From positions 832,001 through 896,000 of the forward strand of contig OY970229.1 in assembly GCA_963714085.1 (NCBI GenBank): DNA of 64,000 nucleotides, in the 5' to 3' direction. This document shows positions 26,003 to 34,292 of the stretch, in pieces (positions within the stretch are counted from its first letter, which is position 1; every line of letters begins with the position of its first letter). The notes beneath the pieces were generated by a model. That model was not told the origin of the DNA. It worked only from the letters and a program-made list of their open reading frames with translations, and searched no databases. Source of the DNA: an uncultured Candidatus Micrarchaeota archaeon (GTDB lineage: Archaea; Micrarchaeota; Micrarchaeia; Anstonellales; Bilamarchaeaceae). The position numbers and the translations under genes were made by a program.

Positions 26003-28111
26003 ATGGGGCGTGAACTCGTCTTACTGCTGCTGGTGCTCTCCGCCAGCCACGCCCAAGTCATCAGCAGCGGCGGCAACGTAACACAGCTCGATTTCCTGCA
26101 AGCCAACTTCTCCGACCATTGGGACGGGCTTTACGGGCAGGTGGTCATCGGCGCGGAAACGAACTTCTCCTACGTCGTGATCGGAGGCGCGATAACCCAG
26201 ATGGACCTCATCGTCCAGGAGCCACCGTGCACCGTCGCATCGCAATCCCTGAACGTCATCGCGGTCAACGCCACCGACCTGGCGCTTCCCCTGGAGCCCG
26301 GGAACGTGTCCGTCCTGGACAGCATCATAACCGGTGAGGACAATGGGAGCGCCACCTTCACCCAGAGCAGCTCGTTCTGGCTCTCCTACGGCAATTTTTC
26401 CAACGTGCCCACACTCTACACGCTCCCGGGCAACCTGACCTCCGGCGATTTCCGGGAGGGCTACCTGAACGACGCGGGCGGGGACCTCGTGTTCGTGGCG
26501 GACGTGGTTAACGACAGACCTGATTGGAACGGCACGAGCGCCGATTACCAGATGATACTGCCGCAGATCGGGACCAATTACACGCTGTTCGTGGATGACG
26601 TCTATTCCTGCGTGGCGCCCCCGGGCCCCATTCCGAACCCCATTCCGGGCCCTGCCCCAATCATCATCGTGCACAGGCTGTACATACTCCCGCCCCAGAT
26701 GTTCACGGCGCCGAGCGGCGGCACGTTCGATGCGGACTTCACGGTCGAGAACACCGGCTCCTTCGCCGAGAACGGCATAGGCGTCTCCGTGAGCTGCCCG
26801 GCGGCGTTCTCATGCGGATCTGGTTCCATCCCTCACCTGGGTGTCGGACGCGAGGGCAGCGTCTCTCTCCCCATAACAGTCGACGGGGCGGGCGAATACG
26901 TGCTCACCGTGTGCGCGAACGATACCGATACTTCCACGTGCAGGGAGTTCATCGTGAACGTGGGGCCGCAATGCAACGACAGCGGCGACTGCGGGGCCGG
27001 AAGCTTCTGCCAGAGCGGCGTATGCGAACCCAAGAAGAAGCCCGGGGAGCGATGCAACGACAGCGGCCAGTGCCTGAGCGGGGTCTGCAACGGAACCGTG
27101 TGCGGGTACTGCGCCGCGGACTCCGACTGCCCCTCTGAGCAGGCCTGCTCTGGCGGCTCCTGCGTCAATGTCCAGTGCCCCTGCGGCAGGGTGAGCGACC
27201 ATGTCTGCGTCAGCTACGCCTGCTGCGCGGACACGGATTGCGGCAGCTGCCAGATATGCTCCGGGAACTCGTGCATGGACAAGAAATTCAGCATCCTGAT
27301 AGCGACCGGCGAGCAGACGGGGATGGAAGAAGGCCAGCCCGTGCGCGTGCAGATACTGGGCAACGATGGCAAGGGAGTCCCAGGGGCCAGGGTTTTCACG
27401 AGCGTTTCAGAGGTGTATACTGATGCGAACGGCTACGCCACGATACCTGTCCCCTATGACGGGATAGTGTACGCGTCCGCCGACTGCTACCCGAACAAGG
27501 GCCTGATGCTCAGCGTCGTGAAAAAAGGCCTCTTCGTCGTTCCGCAGGAGATCCTGGTGGGCGTGGACGCTTCTATCCAGCTCGTGGACAGCCGCGGGCT
27601 GCCCATAGCCGGGGCCACCGTGGAGGTGGACGGCACGATGCTGACCACGGATTCCAAGGGCGTGTTCCACTACACCTTCGATTCCCCTGGCAAGAAAAGC
27701 GTGACTGCCCAGGCCGCGGGGTATGACATACCCGGCATCACCCTGAACGTGGTCCAAGCGACTTCCTGCGGCTACCCCATCGTCTTCGGCCTCCTGTCGT
27801 TCAGCATCATCGGCATCTGGCAGCTTTGGCTCCTCAGCATATTGCTCGCGGTAGCCAATTTCTTGCTGCTGAGGCATCTGATGGGCCGGAAAGCCAGGGG
27901 ATTGCCGCTCACCAGCACGCTGCTACAGCTCGCCTATGCCGGCGTACCGCTCCTCATCGCGGTCATCCCTGGCACTGGTTTCGGCATATGCCTGATGTCG
28001 AACGTCGTGACGCTGCAGCTAATCGCAGAGCTGGCGCTGATAGCATGGAAGAAGCTGGTTAAAGGTAAACCAGACGTAGTAGGGAAAACGGAACAGAAGA
28101 AGAAAAGATGA
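26003..28111 (+). CDS. Membrane-anchored surface protein: N-terminal shared domain, Pro linker, Ig-like, Cys-rich region, C-terminal TM helices
   Basis: AGGTG RBS; signal peptide MGRELVLLLLVLSASHA; GGNVTQL...HWDGLYGQV; about 30 Cys in small modules; hydrophobic C-terminus with basic tail. Confidence 0.85.
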   Translation: MGRELVLLLLVLSASHAQVISSGGNVTQLDFLQANFSDHWDGLYGQVVIGAETNFSYVVIGGAITQMDLIVQEPPCTVASQSLNVIAVNATDLALPLEPGNVSVLDSIITGEDNGSATFTQSSSFWLSYGNFSNVPTLYTLPGNLTSGDFREGYLNDAGGDLVFVADVVNDRPDWNGTSADYQMILPQIGTNYTLFVDDVYSCVAPPGPIPNPIPGPAPIIIVHRLYILPPQMFTAPSGGTFDADFTVENTGSFAENGIGVSVSCPAAFSCGSGSIPHLGVGREGSVSLPITVDGAGEYVLTVCANDTDTSTCREFIVNVGPQCNDSGDCGAGSFCQSGVCEPKKKPGERCNDSGQCLSGVCNGTVCGYCAADSDCPSEQACSGGSCVNVQCPCGRVSDHVCVSYACCADTDCGSCQICSGNSCMDKKFSILIATGEQTGMEEGQPVRVQILGNDGKGVPGARVFTSVSEVYTDANGYATIPVPYDGIVYASADCYPNKGLMLSVVKKGLFVVPQEILVGVDASIQLVDSRGLPIAGATVEVDGTMLTTDSKGVFHYTFDSPGKKSVTAQAAGYDIPGITLNVVQATSCGYPIVFGLLSFSIIGIWQLWLLSILLAVANFLLLRHLMGRKARGLPLTSTLLQLAYAGVPLLIAVIPGTGFGICLMSNVVTLQLIAELALIAWKKLVKGKPDVVGKTEQKKKR

Positions 28112-28113
28112 GG

Positions 28114-29799
28114 TTACTTCTTCTTTTCCTTGGTCTCCTTGCTCTTATTGAAGAAGAGATAAAGCGCCACCAGGATTACCAGGATGATGAATACCGAGCC
28201 CACCAGTACCGGGTCTATGCCCGCGGCCGCGGCAGCAGCCGCTTCTGGAACGTATTCCTTCTGCACTGTCTTGTCAAGGAACGCCTGCCTGGCGCCGTAG
28301 TCGGCGCTGGCGGTTATGTTCACGCCGTCAGTCGCGATCCCTGGGAATTTCACCATCTTGCCCTGCGCAGGCGCGAGGGTGTAGGTGTTGCCGTCGTTTA
28401 TGGTCGTAGACGTCCCGTTGGCCACTATCGTCGCGCTGGCTGTGAAGTAATCAGTCACGTCCCCGGTGTTGGTGAAGGTCACGTAAAGGTCGTCTGTGAC
28501 CTGGTCCTTGTTGAACCCGCTGATGCCCAATTGCGAGGTGTCGTTGAACTGCACGTTCCCCGCGTCGCGCATGGTCTGGATCCCGTTCTCGAACGAGAGC
28601 TTGGACGAGCCGAAGTAGGTGGTTATGTTGGCGGTGACTTTGCCGCTTTGTATCGTGACAGGGTAGGCCACCCCGAATACCTGCCCGGCTTCGACCGGGA
28701 ATGGCTGCTGGTCGCCCACCGTCGCGGTGTAAGCGCCGTCAGCATAGACCATGATGCTTGATTTCACGTACTCCAGCGCGTTACCGGTGTTATTGTAGGT
28801 CACTTCGAGCTCCTGGCTCTGGGTGTCGTATTGGACGGCGTCTATGTCAAGGCCGAGTGTGGGACCGGGAAGCGGGAATAGCTCCACCTGGCCCATGCCT
28901 CCGGACCCGGTGGTCTGCCCGAATTTCACGAAAACGCTGAGCTTGTCGGATCCGAGATCCTTGTTGATCGAGGTCTTGAGGTTATATGCGGTCTGTGCGT
29001 ATGATTGGTCCACGAGCATGGCGGCGCTGATCTGCCCTCCAGAGACCTTCTTCTCCAGGTATTGGTATACGGAGGTCGGAACGACCGGGCTTATGAGGAG
29101 CACCGGGTCGTCGCCCGCGGCTATGGTGGAATCGAACGCGTTCCCGTCCGAGAGTATTATCTGGTTCTTCGAGGGGTTCATGGCGAAATACATGTCGTCC
29201 AGCTGCATGTTGTCTGCGAACTTGTCGCCGTTGTTTATCTGCGTGTAGGTGAGCCCTTGTGAATTCAGCGAGTTTATGACCGCCTGGTCCACGTAACCGT
29301 AGATGAGTACGCCGTTCGCGCTTTGGTTCTTCATGAAACTGGCTGCGGAATCAGAGTCGCTCTGGTCCACGAAGAGCAGGTACATCCCGTTCAGCTTCGC
29401 ATAGGCGAGGGCCGAGACGGTGTTGTAGCCGTAGACCGGGTCCACGATGACGAATTTCCTGGCGCCGCTGAGAGCGGCCAGGTTCATGTTGGTCTGCATC
29501 GGGTCGCCTGACTGGATGGTCTGGACCGTGTCGCCCTGGCTGGTCAGGCCGTTGGCCAAGCCCGCTACTATGGGCGTGGTCGTGGACTGGACCAGGAGGA
29601 CGTTCTGGTTGCCGCCCACCTGGGCGTAGATGGACTGGGCTGTGGATGCCGGGGTGGCGAAGATTATGGTGTCGTTCTTGATTGCGGCGTAATAGATGCC
29701 CGAGACCAAGTCCCTGCCATCGAATGAGTTCACCACTGTGATGCTGAAGCACTGAGCGCAGAGTAACACTAGCAGACAAGCCAAGAAGAGTTTTTTCAT
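28114..29799 (-). CDS. Secreted protein with alpha/beta repeats (cell-wall-binding-2-like), Ig-like domains and C-terminal TM anchor
   Basis: Signal peptide; VVNSFDGRDLVSG / IVDPVYGYNTVSA / ILSDGNAFDSTI...PVLLI repeats; TM plus KSKETKEKKK. Confidence 0.7.
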   Translation of the reverse strand: MKKLFLACLLVLLCAQCFSITVVNSFDGRDLVSGIYYAAIKNDTIIFATPASTAQSIYAQVGGNQNVLLVQSTTTPIVAGLANGLTSQGDTVQTIQSGDPMQTNMNLAALSGARKFVIVDPVYGYNTVSALAYAKLNGMYLLFVDQSDSDSAASFMKNQSANGVLIYGYVDQAVINSLNSQGLTYTQINNGDKFADNMQLDDMYFAMNPSKNQIILSDGNAFDSTIAAGDDPVLLISPVVPTSVYQYLEKKVSGGQISAAMLVDQSYAQTAYNLKTSINKDLGSDKLSVFVKFGQTTGSGGMGQVELFPLPGPTLGLDIDAVQYDTQSQELEVTYNNTGNALEYVKSSIMVYADGAYTATVGDQQPFPVEAGQVFGVAYPVTIQSGKVTANITTYFGSSKLSFENGIQTMRDAGNVQFNDTSQLGISGFNKDQVTDDLYVTFTNTGDVTDYFTASATIVANGTSTTINDGNTYTLAPAQGKMVKFPGIATDGVNITASADYGARQAFLDKTVQKEYVPEAAAAAAAGIDPVLVGSVFIILVILVALYLFFNKSKETKEKKK

Positions 29800-29869
29800 G
29801 CGCTAATTTGCCACGGAAGGGTTTATAAATAAAAGGTTTGCTAATATATTTAACAGAGAAGGTGCGACC

Positions 29870-30544
29870 ATGAAACTAAGTATTGGATTGATTGCGATCC
29901 TGCTCGGGATTGGCCTGGCGTTCGCCGTGACCCCCGTAGGGAACTGGACGGTGATTAGTACTAGCGCCTACACCTCGACGACCAATGCGAGCGTGCTGAC
30001 CCAGGGCGGCAATGTCACGAACCTGGAACTGAGCTCGAATGTCTCCACCATTAAGTGGGCTGGTTACTGGGGCAACGTCAGTAGTGCGTTGGTGCTTTCT
30101 CCGGGTGCGGGGCAGGGTAACCTCTATAGCTGGGTCTGGAACGCATCAAGTGGCGGCGAAGTATGCGCAGTGGCAGCTGCGACCGGATTCAGCTGGGCGA
30201 GTATCGCGGCTACCACTACGAGCGCCGTGGACACGATGTGGGGATTCAACGCGTCCGACCCGGATAGCGCGGCTAATACATTGATGGACAGCAGCTGCGC
30301 CATGACCATAGGTGGCGTACCAATCACCACAGTAGGGAACTTCACCGGCTTGGACACCAGCTTCGAGACCTGCGCAGTGGATGACGGTGCGACCGCGGCG
30401 AAGAGCGATTACGCGTTCTGCGTGAACATCACGGACAACGGCACGCTGTTCAACAACCAGACCGGGAACTACGAGCTCATCGTGCCAACTCCGAACAGCA
30501 TGGTCACGACCGAGACGGACTATTTCTGGTTTGACCTCCGTTAG
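29870..30544 (+). CDS. Secreted 224-aa protein, paralog 1 (candidate major fibre subunit)
   Basis: AGGTG RBS, signal peptide, QGGNVTNL...KWAGYWGNV...YSW...NYELIVP...YFWFDL; own TATA and terminator. Confidence 0.85.
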   Translation: MKLSIGLIAILLGIGLAFAVTPVGNWTVISTSAYTSTTNASVLTQGGNVTNLELSSNVSTIKWAGYWGNVSSALVLSPGAGQGNLYSWVWNASSGGEVCAVAAATGFSWASIAATTTSAVDTMWGFNASDPDSAANTLMDSSCAMTIGGVPITTVGNFTGLDTSFETCAVDDGATAAKSDYAFCVNITDNGTLFNNQTGNYELIVPTPNSMVTTETDYFWFDLR

Positions 30545-30546
30545 AG

Positions 30547-30582
30547 CTGGCACCAAGGTGCCGGTTTATTTTTTCTTTTATC
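30547..30582 (+). terminator. Hairpin plus T-tract terminator
   Basis: CTGGCAC-CAAG-GTGCCGG followed by TTTATTTTTTCTTTT. Confidence 0.75.
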
Positions 30583-30701
30583 AAACTTTTCCTTTCAGAA
30601 GAGGACGATGCCCTCCGTGCGCTGATTTCCAGTGAAGCCACAGAAAGATTTATAAATAAAATGTAGGTAAAAGCTAATAAGGAGTAAAAAAAGGTGCGAC
30701 C

Positions 30702-31373
30702 ATGAAACTAAGTATTGGATTGATTGCGATCCTGCTCGGGATTGGCCTGGCGTTCGCCATAACCCCTGCAGGGAACTGGACTGTGCTCAGCACGAGTTAT
30801 TACACCTCGACGACCAACGCGAGCGTGTTGACTCAGGGCGGCAATGTCACGAACCTGGCGTTGAGCTCGAACACCACCACCACCAAGTGGGCTGGTTATT
30901 GGGGCAATGTCACTGGCGGACTGCTGCTTGCTCCGAGTACCGGGACGTATACATTTTACACTTGGGCCTGGAACGCGTCTAAAGGCGGCGAAGTGTGCTC
31001 TGTTGCCGCTGCAACCGGGTTCAACTGGGTGAATGTCGCGGCCACGACGGTGGGCGCCGTGGACACGATGTGGGGATTCACCACGACCGACCCTGACAGC
31101 GCGACCAACACGCTGGGGCAGAGCAACTGCGCCATGACAATTGGTGGCGTGACGGTCAGCACAGTGGGCAACTACAGCGGATTGGGCACATTCGAGACCT
31201 GCGCAATTGATGATGGCGCGACAGCGGCGAAGAGCGACTTCGCGTTCTGCGTGAACATCTCAACCAATGGCACGCTGTTCAACAACCAGACCGGGAACTA
31301 CCAGCTCCTCATGCCGACCAACAACACGGTGGGCGCGACAGAGACTGACTATTTCTGGCTTGACTTGAAGTAG
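30702..31373 (+). CDS. Secreted 223-aa protein, paralog 2 (candidate major fibre subunit)
   Basis: First 19 codons identical to paralog 1; collinear throughout; four conserved Cys. Confidence 0.85.
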   Translation: MKLSIGLIAILLGIGLAFAITPAGNWTVLSTSYYTSTTNASVLTQGGNVTNLALSSNTTTTKWAGYWGNVTGGLLLAPSTGTYTFYTWAWNASKGGEVCSVAAATGFNWVNVAATTVGAVDTMWGFTTTDPDSATNTLGQSNCAMTIGGVTVSTVGNYSGLGTFETCAIDDGATAAKSDFAFCVNISTNGTLFNNQTGNYQLLMPTNNTVGATETDYFWLDLK

Positions 31374-31375
31374 AG

Positions 31376-31410
31376 CTGGCACCAAGGTGCCGGTTTATTT
31401 TTTCTTTTAT
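31376..31410 (+). terminator. Hairpin plus T-tract terminator (copy of 30547-30582)
   Basis: Same CTGGCACCAAGGTGCCGGTTTATTTTTTCTTTT sequence. Confidence 0.75.
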
Positions 31411-31470
31411 CTGACTTTTTCTTTCGGCAGCTTCAGAAAGCAATAAAAATAAACAGCACTGATTAACCCC

Positions 31471-32094
31471 ATGGCAATGCTCGAGGATTTCAGGCTTCTG
31501 GAGAAGAACGGGTTCAGGCTGCTCCCTTACAAGCTCGCGACTGACGAGGATGGGACTGTGGCTGCGGCGCTCAAGATCGGCTATCCGATAGCGCTCAAGG
31601 TGGTCTCTGAGGAGATAAGCCACAAGACCGACGTGGGCGGCGTGAAGATAAGGATAAGGGACGAGGCCGGCCTCAGGCTCGCTTATAAGGAGATAATGGA
31701 CAGCACCAAGAATTACAAGGTCGACGGGATCCTAGTGCAGAAGATGGCGCGCAAAGGCATAGAGCTCATCATAGGGGGCAGAAAGGACCCGCAGTTCGGG
31801 CACATGGTGGTGCTCGGGCTGGGCGGGGTCTATGTGGAGATATTCAGGGACATAACCGCCAGGATATGCCCCATAGCCGAGCAGGACGTGGAGGAGATGA
31901 TAATGGAGCTCAAGGCCCACCCCCTGCTCGAAGGCGCGCGTGGCGCGAAGCCAATAGACCGGGCGGCGCTGAAGAAGATGGTACTGGGCGTCTGCAGGTT
32001 CATGGAGAAGGAGGATATAAAGGAGCTGGACCTGAACCCTGTGGTGTTCGACGAGGACGGCGGCGACATAGTTGACGTGAGGTTCACGAGGTAA
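31471..32094 (+). CDS. acdB: ADP-forming acetyl-CoA synthetase beta subunit (ATP-grasp)
   Basis: IGYPIALKV, HKTDVGGV, ELIIG...DPQFG...GLGG..VE..RD, ELDLNP. Confidence 0.9.
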   Translation: MAMLEDFRLLEKNGFRLLPYKLATDEDGTVAAALKIGYPIALKVVSEEISHKTDVGGVKIRIRDEAGLRLAYKEIMDSTKNYKVDGILVQKMARKGIELIIGGRKDPQFGHMVVLGLGGVYVEIFRDITARICPIAEQDVEEMIMELKAHPLLEGARGAKPIDRAALKKMVLGVCRFMEKEDIKELDLNPVVFDEDGGDIVDVRFTR

Positions 32095-32104
32095 GGTGAC
32101 TGCG

Positions 32105-33499
32105 ATGGACGAACGCCTCAGGAAACTGGCATATGTGTTCAGGCCCAGGAGCGTGGCTGTGGTGGGAGGCTCCAGCGTGCCCAACAAGATAGGCACCGTG
32201 CTCATGAAGAATCTCATAGAAGGCAGGTTCATGGGCGAGATCTTCGCCGTGAACCCGAAGTACACGGACGTGCTCGGCAAGCCCTGCTACCCCAAGGTGA
32301 GCGCCATACCAAAACCCGTGGACTGCGTAATAATCGCGACCCCGGCCGAGACCGTGCCGGACATCGTAGAAGATTGCGGCATGAAGGGTGTGAAGGGAGT
32401 CATCGTGCTTAGTGGCGGTTTCGAGGAGGTTTCGAGGAACGATTTGGCGGACAAGGTTATAGCGAGCTCGAAGAAGTACAAGCTCCCTGTGATCGGTCCG
32501 AACTGCCTCGGCGTCTTCGATCCGTATACCCGGATCGATAGCATATTCCTCCCAGCGTACAAGCTGGAGCGGCCGGGCCCTGGCAACATCGCGTTCGTGA
32601 CCCAGTCCGGGGCTGTCGGCTCCACGGTCTTGGACCTGGCCGCGCACTACGGCATGGGGATATCCAAGTTCATCTCATACGGCAATGGCACGGTGCTCAA
32701 CGAATGCGACATGCTCGAGTTCCTGGAGAAGGACAAGGAGACTGAGATGATAATACTGTATCTGGAGGGTGTGAAGGACGGCAGGCGGCTCCTGGAATGG
32801 ATGAAGAGGGTGAATCCGAAGAAGCCCATCATCGCGATGAAAGCCGGCAAGTACGGGAAGGCGATGGCCGCAGCGCGCTCGCACACCGGTAACCTGGCCG
32901 GCAATTATATGGCTTACAAGGCCGCATTCCGACAGGCCAAGGTGACCGAGGCAGACGACCTGCAGGAGCTTTTCGATTTCGTCAAGATATTCAATCAGCC
33001 CCTGCCCAAAGGGAACCGCGTCGGTGTGATAACCAACGGCGGCGGCATGGGCGTGCTGACCGCGGACGCGATAAACTCGGAAAATATGGAGATCGCGGAT
33101 TTCAGCGACGATTCCAAGGTTGCGCTGAAGAAGATACTGCCGTCCTACGGCAATGTGGGCAACCCACTCGACCTGGTGGCCGACGCGGGGGTCGAGGCCT
33201 ATGACAAGGCCATCGAGGTATTGATGGCGGACCCGAATGTGGATTCTTTAGCTATCGTCCTGCTCACACAGACCCCACCAATAGATGAGCGCATAATAGG
33301 GGTGCTCACCCGCGCATCCGACGACAAGAGGAAGGCTGTGGTTACCATTTCTGTCGGCGGAACTTACACCGAGGCGTACCAGAGGGCGCTCGAGAGCAAA
33401 GGTGTGCCGTCGTACAATTCGCCGGTTTCCGCGGTGAAGGCCCTGCACATGCTCACCAACTACTCGGCATGGAAGGGGAAGACGGCCAAAAAGGCCTGA
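32105..33499 (+). CDS. acdA: ADP-forming acetyl-CoA synthetase alpha subunit
   Basis: PRSVAVVGGS, IGPNCLG, QSGA, ARSHTG, TNGGG.GVL, NPLDL; AGGTGA RBS before ATG 32105. Confidence 0.92.
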   Translation: MDERLRKLAYVFRPRSVAVVGGSSVPNKIGTVLMKNLIEGRFMGEIFAVNPKYTDVLGKPCYPKVSAIPKPVDCVIIATPAETVPDIVEDCGMKGVKGVIVLSGGFEEVSRNDLADKVIASSKKYKLPVIGPNCLGVFDPYTRIDSIFLPAYKLERPGPGNIAFVTQSGAVGSTVLDLAAHYGMGISKFISYGNGTVLNECDMLEFLEKDKETEMIILYLEGVKDGRRLLEWMKRVNPKKPIIAMKAGKYGKAMAAARSHTGNLAGNYMAYKAAFRQAKVTEADDLQELFDFVKIFNQPLPKGNRVGVITNGGGMGVLTADAINSENMEIADFSDDSKVALKKILPSYGNVGNPLDLVADAGVEAYDKAIEVLMADPNVDSLAIVLLTQTPPIDERIIGVLTRASDDKRKAVVTISVGGTYTEAYQRALESKGVPSYNSPVSAVKALHMLTNYSAWKGKTAKKA

Positions 33500-33672
33500 T
33501 TTTTAAAAAAAACAGAGGGGGAGGGGACCCTATAGTTCCACTAATAAGTCAACCTATCAAAATAAAAATATTTTGTATCTATAGATACAATAACTGCGTC
33601 GAACAAAAGTAAAACTCCTATGTTTTAGGGCGGAACGTTTCGGCGCCGTAGAAGGTTTAAGAGCTGAGGAAT

Positions 33673-33903
33673 ATGGCAAAAGAAAACAAAACAGGGAAAG
33701 GACAGTGGATATGGGGAAATGGTATGGACAAATGGCTCTCAACATACACCCAGATCACAATACTCGAGCTCGTTCTGAGCGTGGTCTTTCTTTCGCTCTC
33801 ATATGTTTTCGGGAGCCTCTATTTCCGTGGTGTGGGTGTCGGGCTCGTGATCTCTTGGGTGACTGGGGCGATAGCATATTTCGTCGTCAGGAGGAGGACT
33901 TGA
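33673..33903 (+). CDS. Small membrane protein (2 TM)
   Basis: Two hydrophobic stretches and a basic tail; start uncertain. Confidence 0.55.
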   Translation: MAKENKTGKGQWIWGNGMDKWLSTYTQITILELVLSVVFLSLSYVFGSLYFRGVGVGLVISWVTGAIAYFVVRRRT

Positions 33904-34002
33904 ATCGTGGAAAGCAAACACTTGAAAGAGAAAAAGGGATAATCACGGAAGAACAAAGAGTGTCGGTTTCACTCCGACCAAATCAATAAAAAAGGTGATC
34001 TT

Positions 34003-34242
34003 TTGCCGTTCCTCTACATCTACGATGTCCATGCGAAAGACAAGAAGAGATTCAACCGCGTCAAAAGGAGGTTCTACTACAGGCTGAACCAACTATTCCC
34101 TGATCGCAGCGTATGGAAAACCAAATCCGCGATTCTCGTGACTGGAAGGCACACCCGCGTACTGGACGACTTCTTCCGTTCCTTCAAGGGCTCGGTCATC
34201 ACTTACAAGGTCGACCTGAATTCGATCGAGGAGCTTGAATAA
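34003..34242 (+). CDS. Cas2/VapD-like small protein, stand-alone
   Basis: AGGTGA RBS and TTG start; FLYIYDV...R.KR...KSAILV pattern; 79 aa. Confidence 0.5.
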   Translation: MPFLYIYDVHAKDKKRFNRVKRRFYYRLNQLFPDRSVWKTKSAILVTGRHTRVLDDFFRSFKGSVITYKVDLNSIEELE

Positions 34243-34292
34243 AAGGATCACAAGAACACAAAGCCCAATAGTGGAAGTATGGGGGGCCCCTC

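Noticed and set aside
29870..31373. Type IV pilin or archaellin assignment for the two paralogs
   Set aside because: No class III signal peptide pattern; the leaders look like Sec/SPI substrates ending AFA.
33500..34290. Possible replication origin (AT-rich, with ORB-like fragments such as GTTCCACT and AGTGGAAGTATGGGGGG)
   Set aside because: The matches are partial and inconsistent, and there is no orc1/cdc6 in the window.
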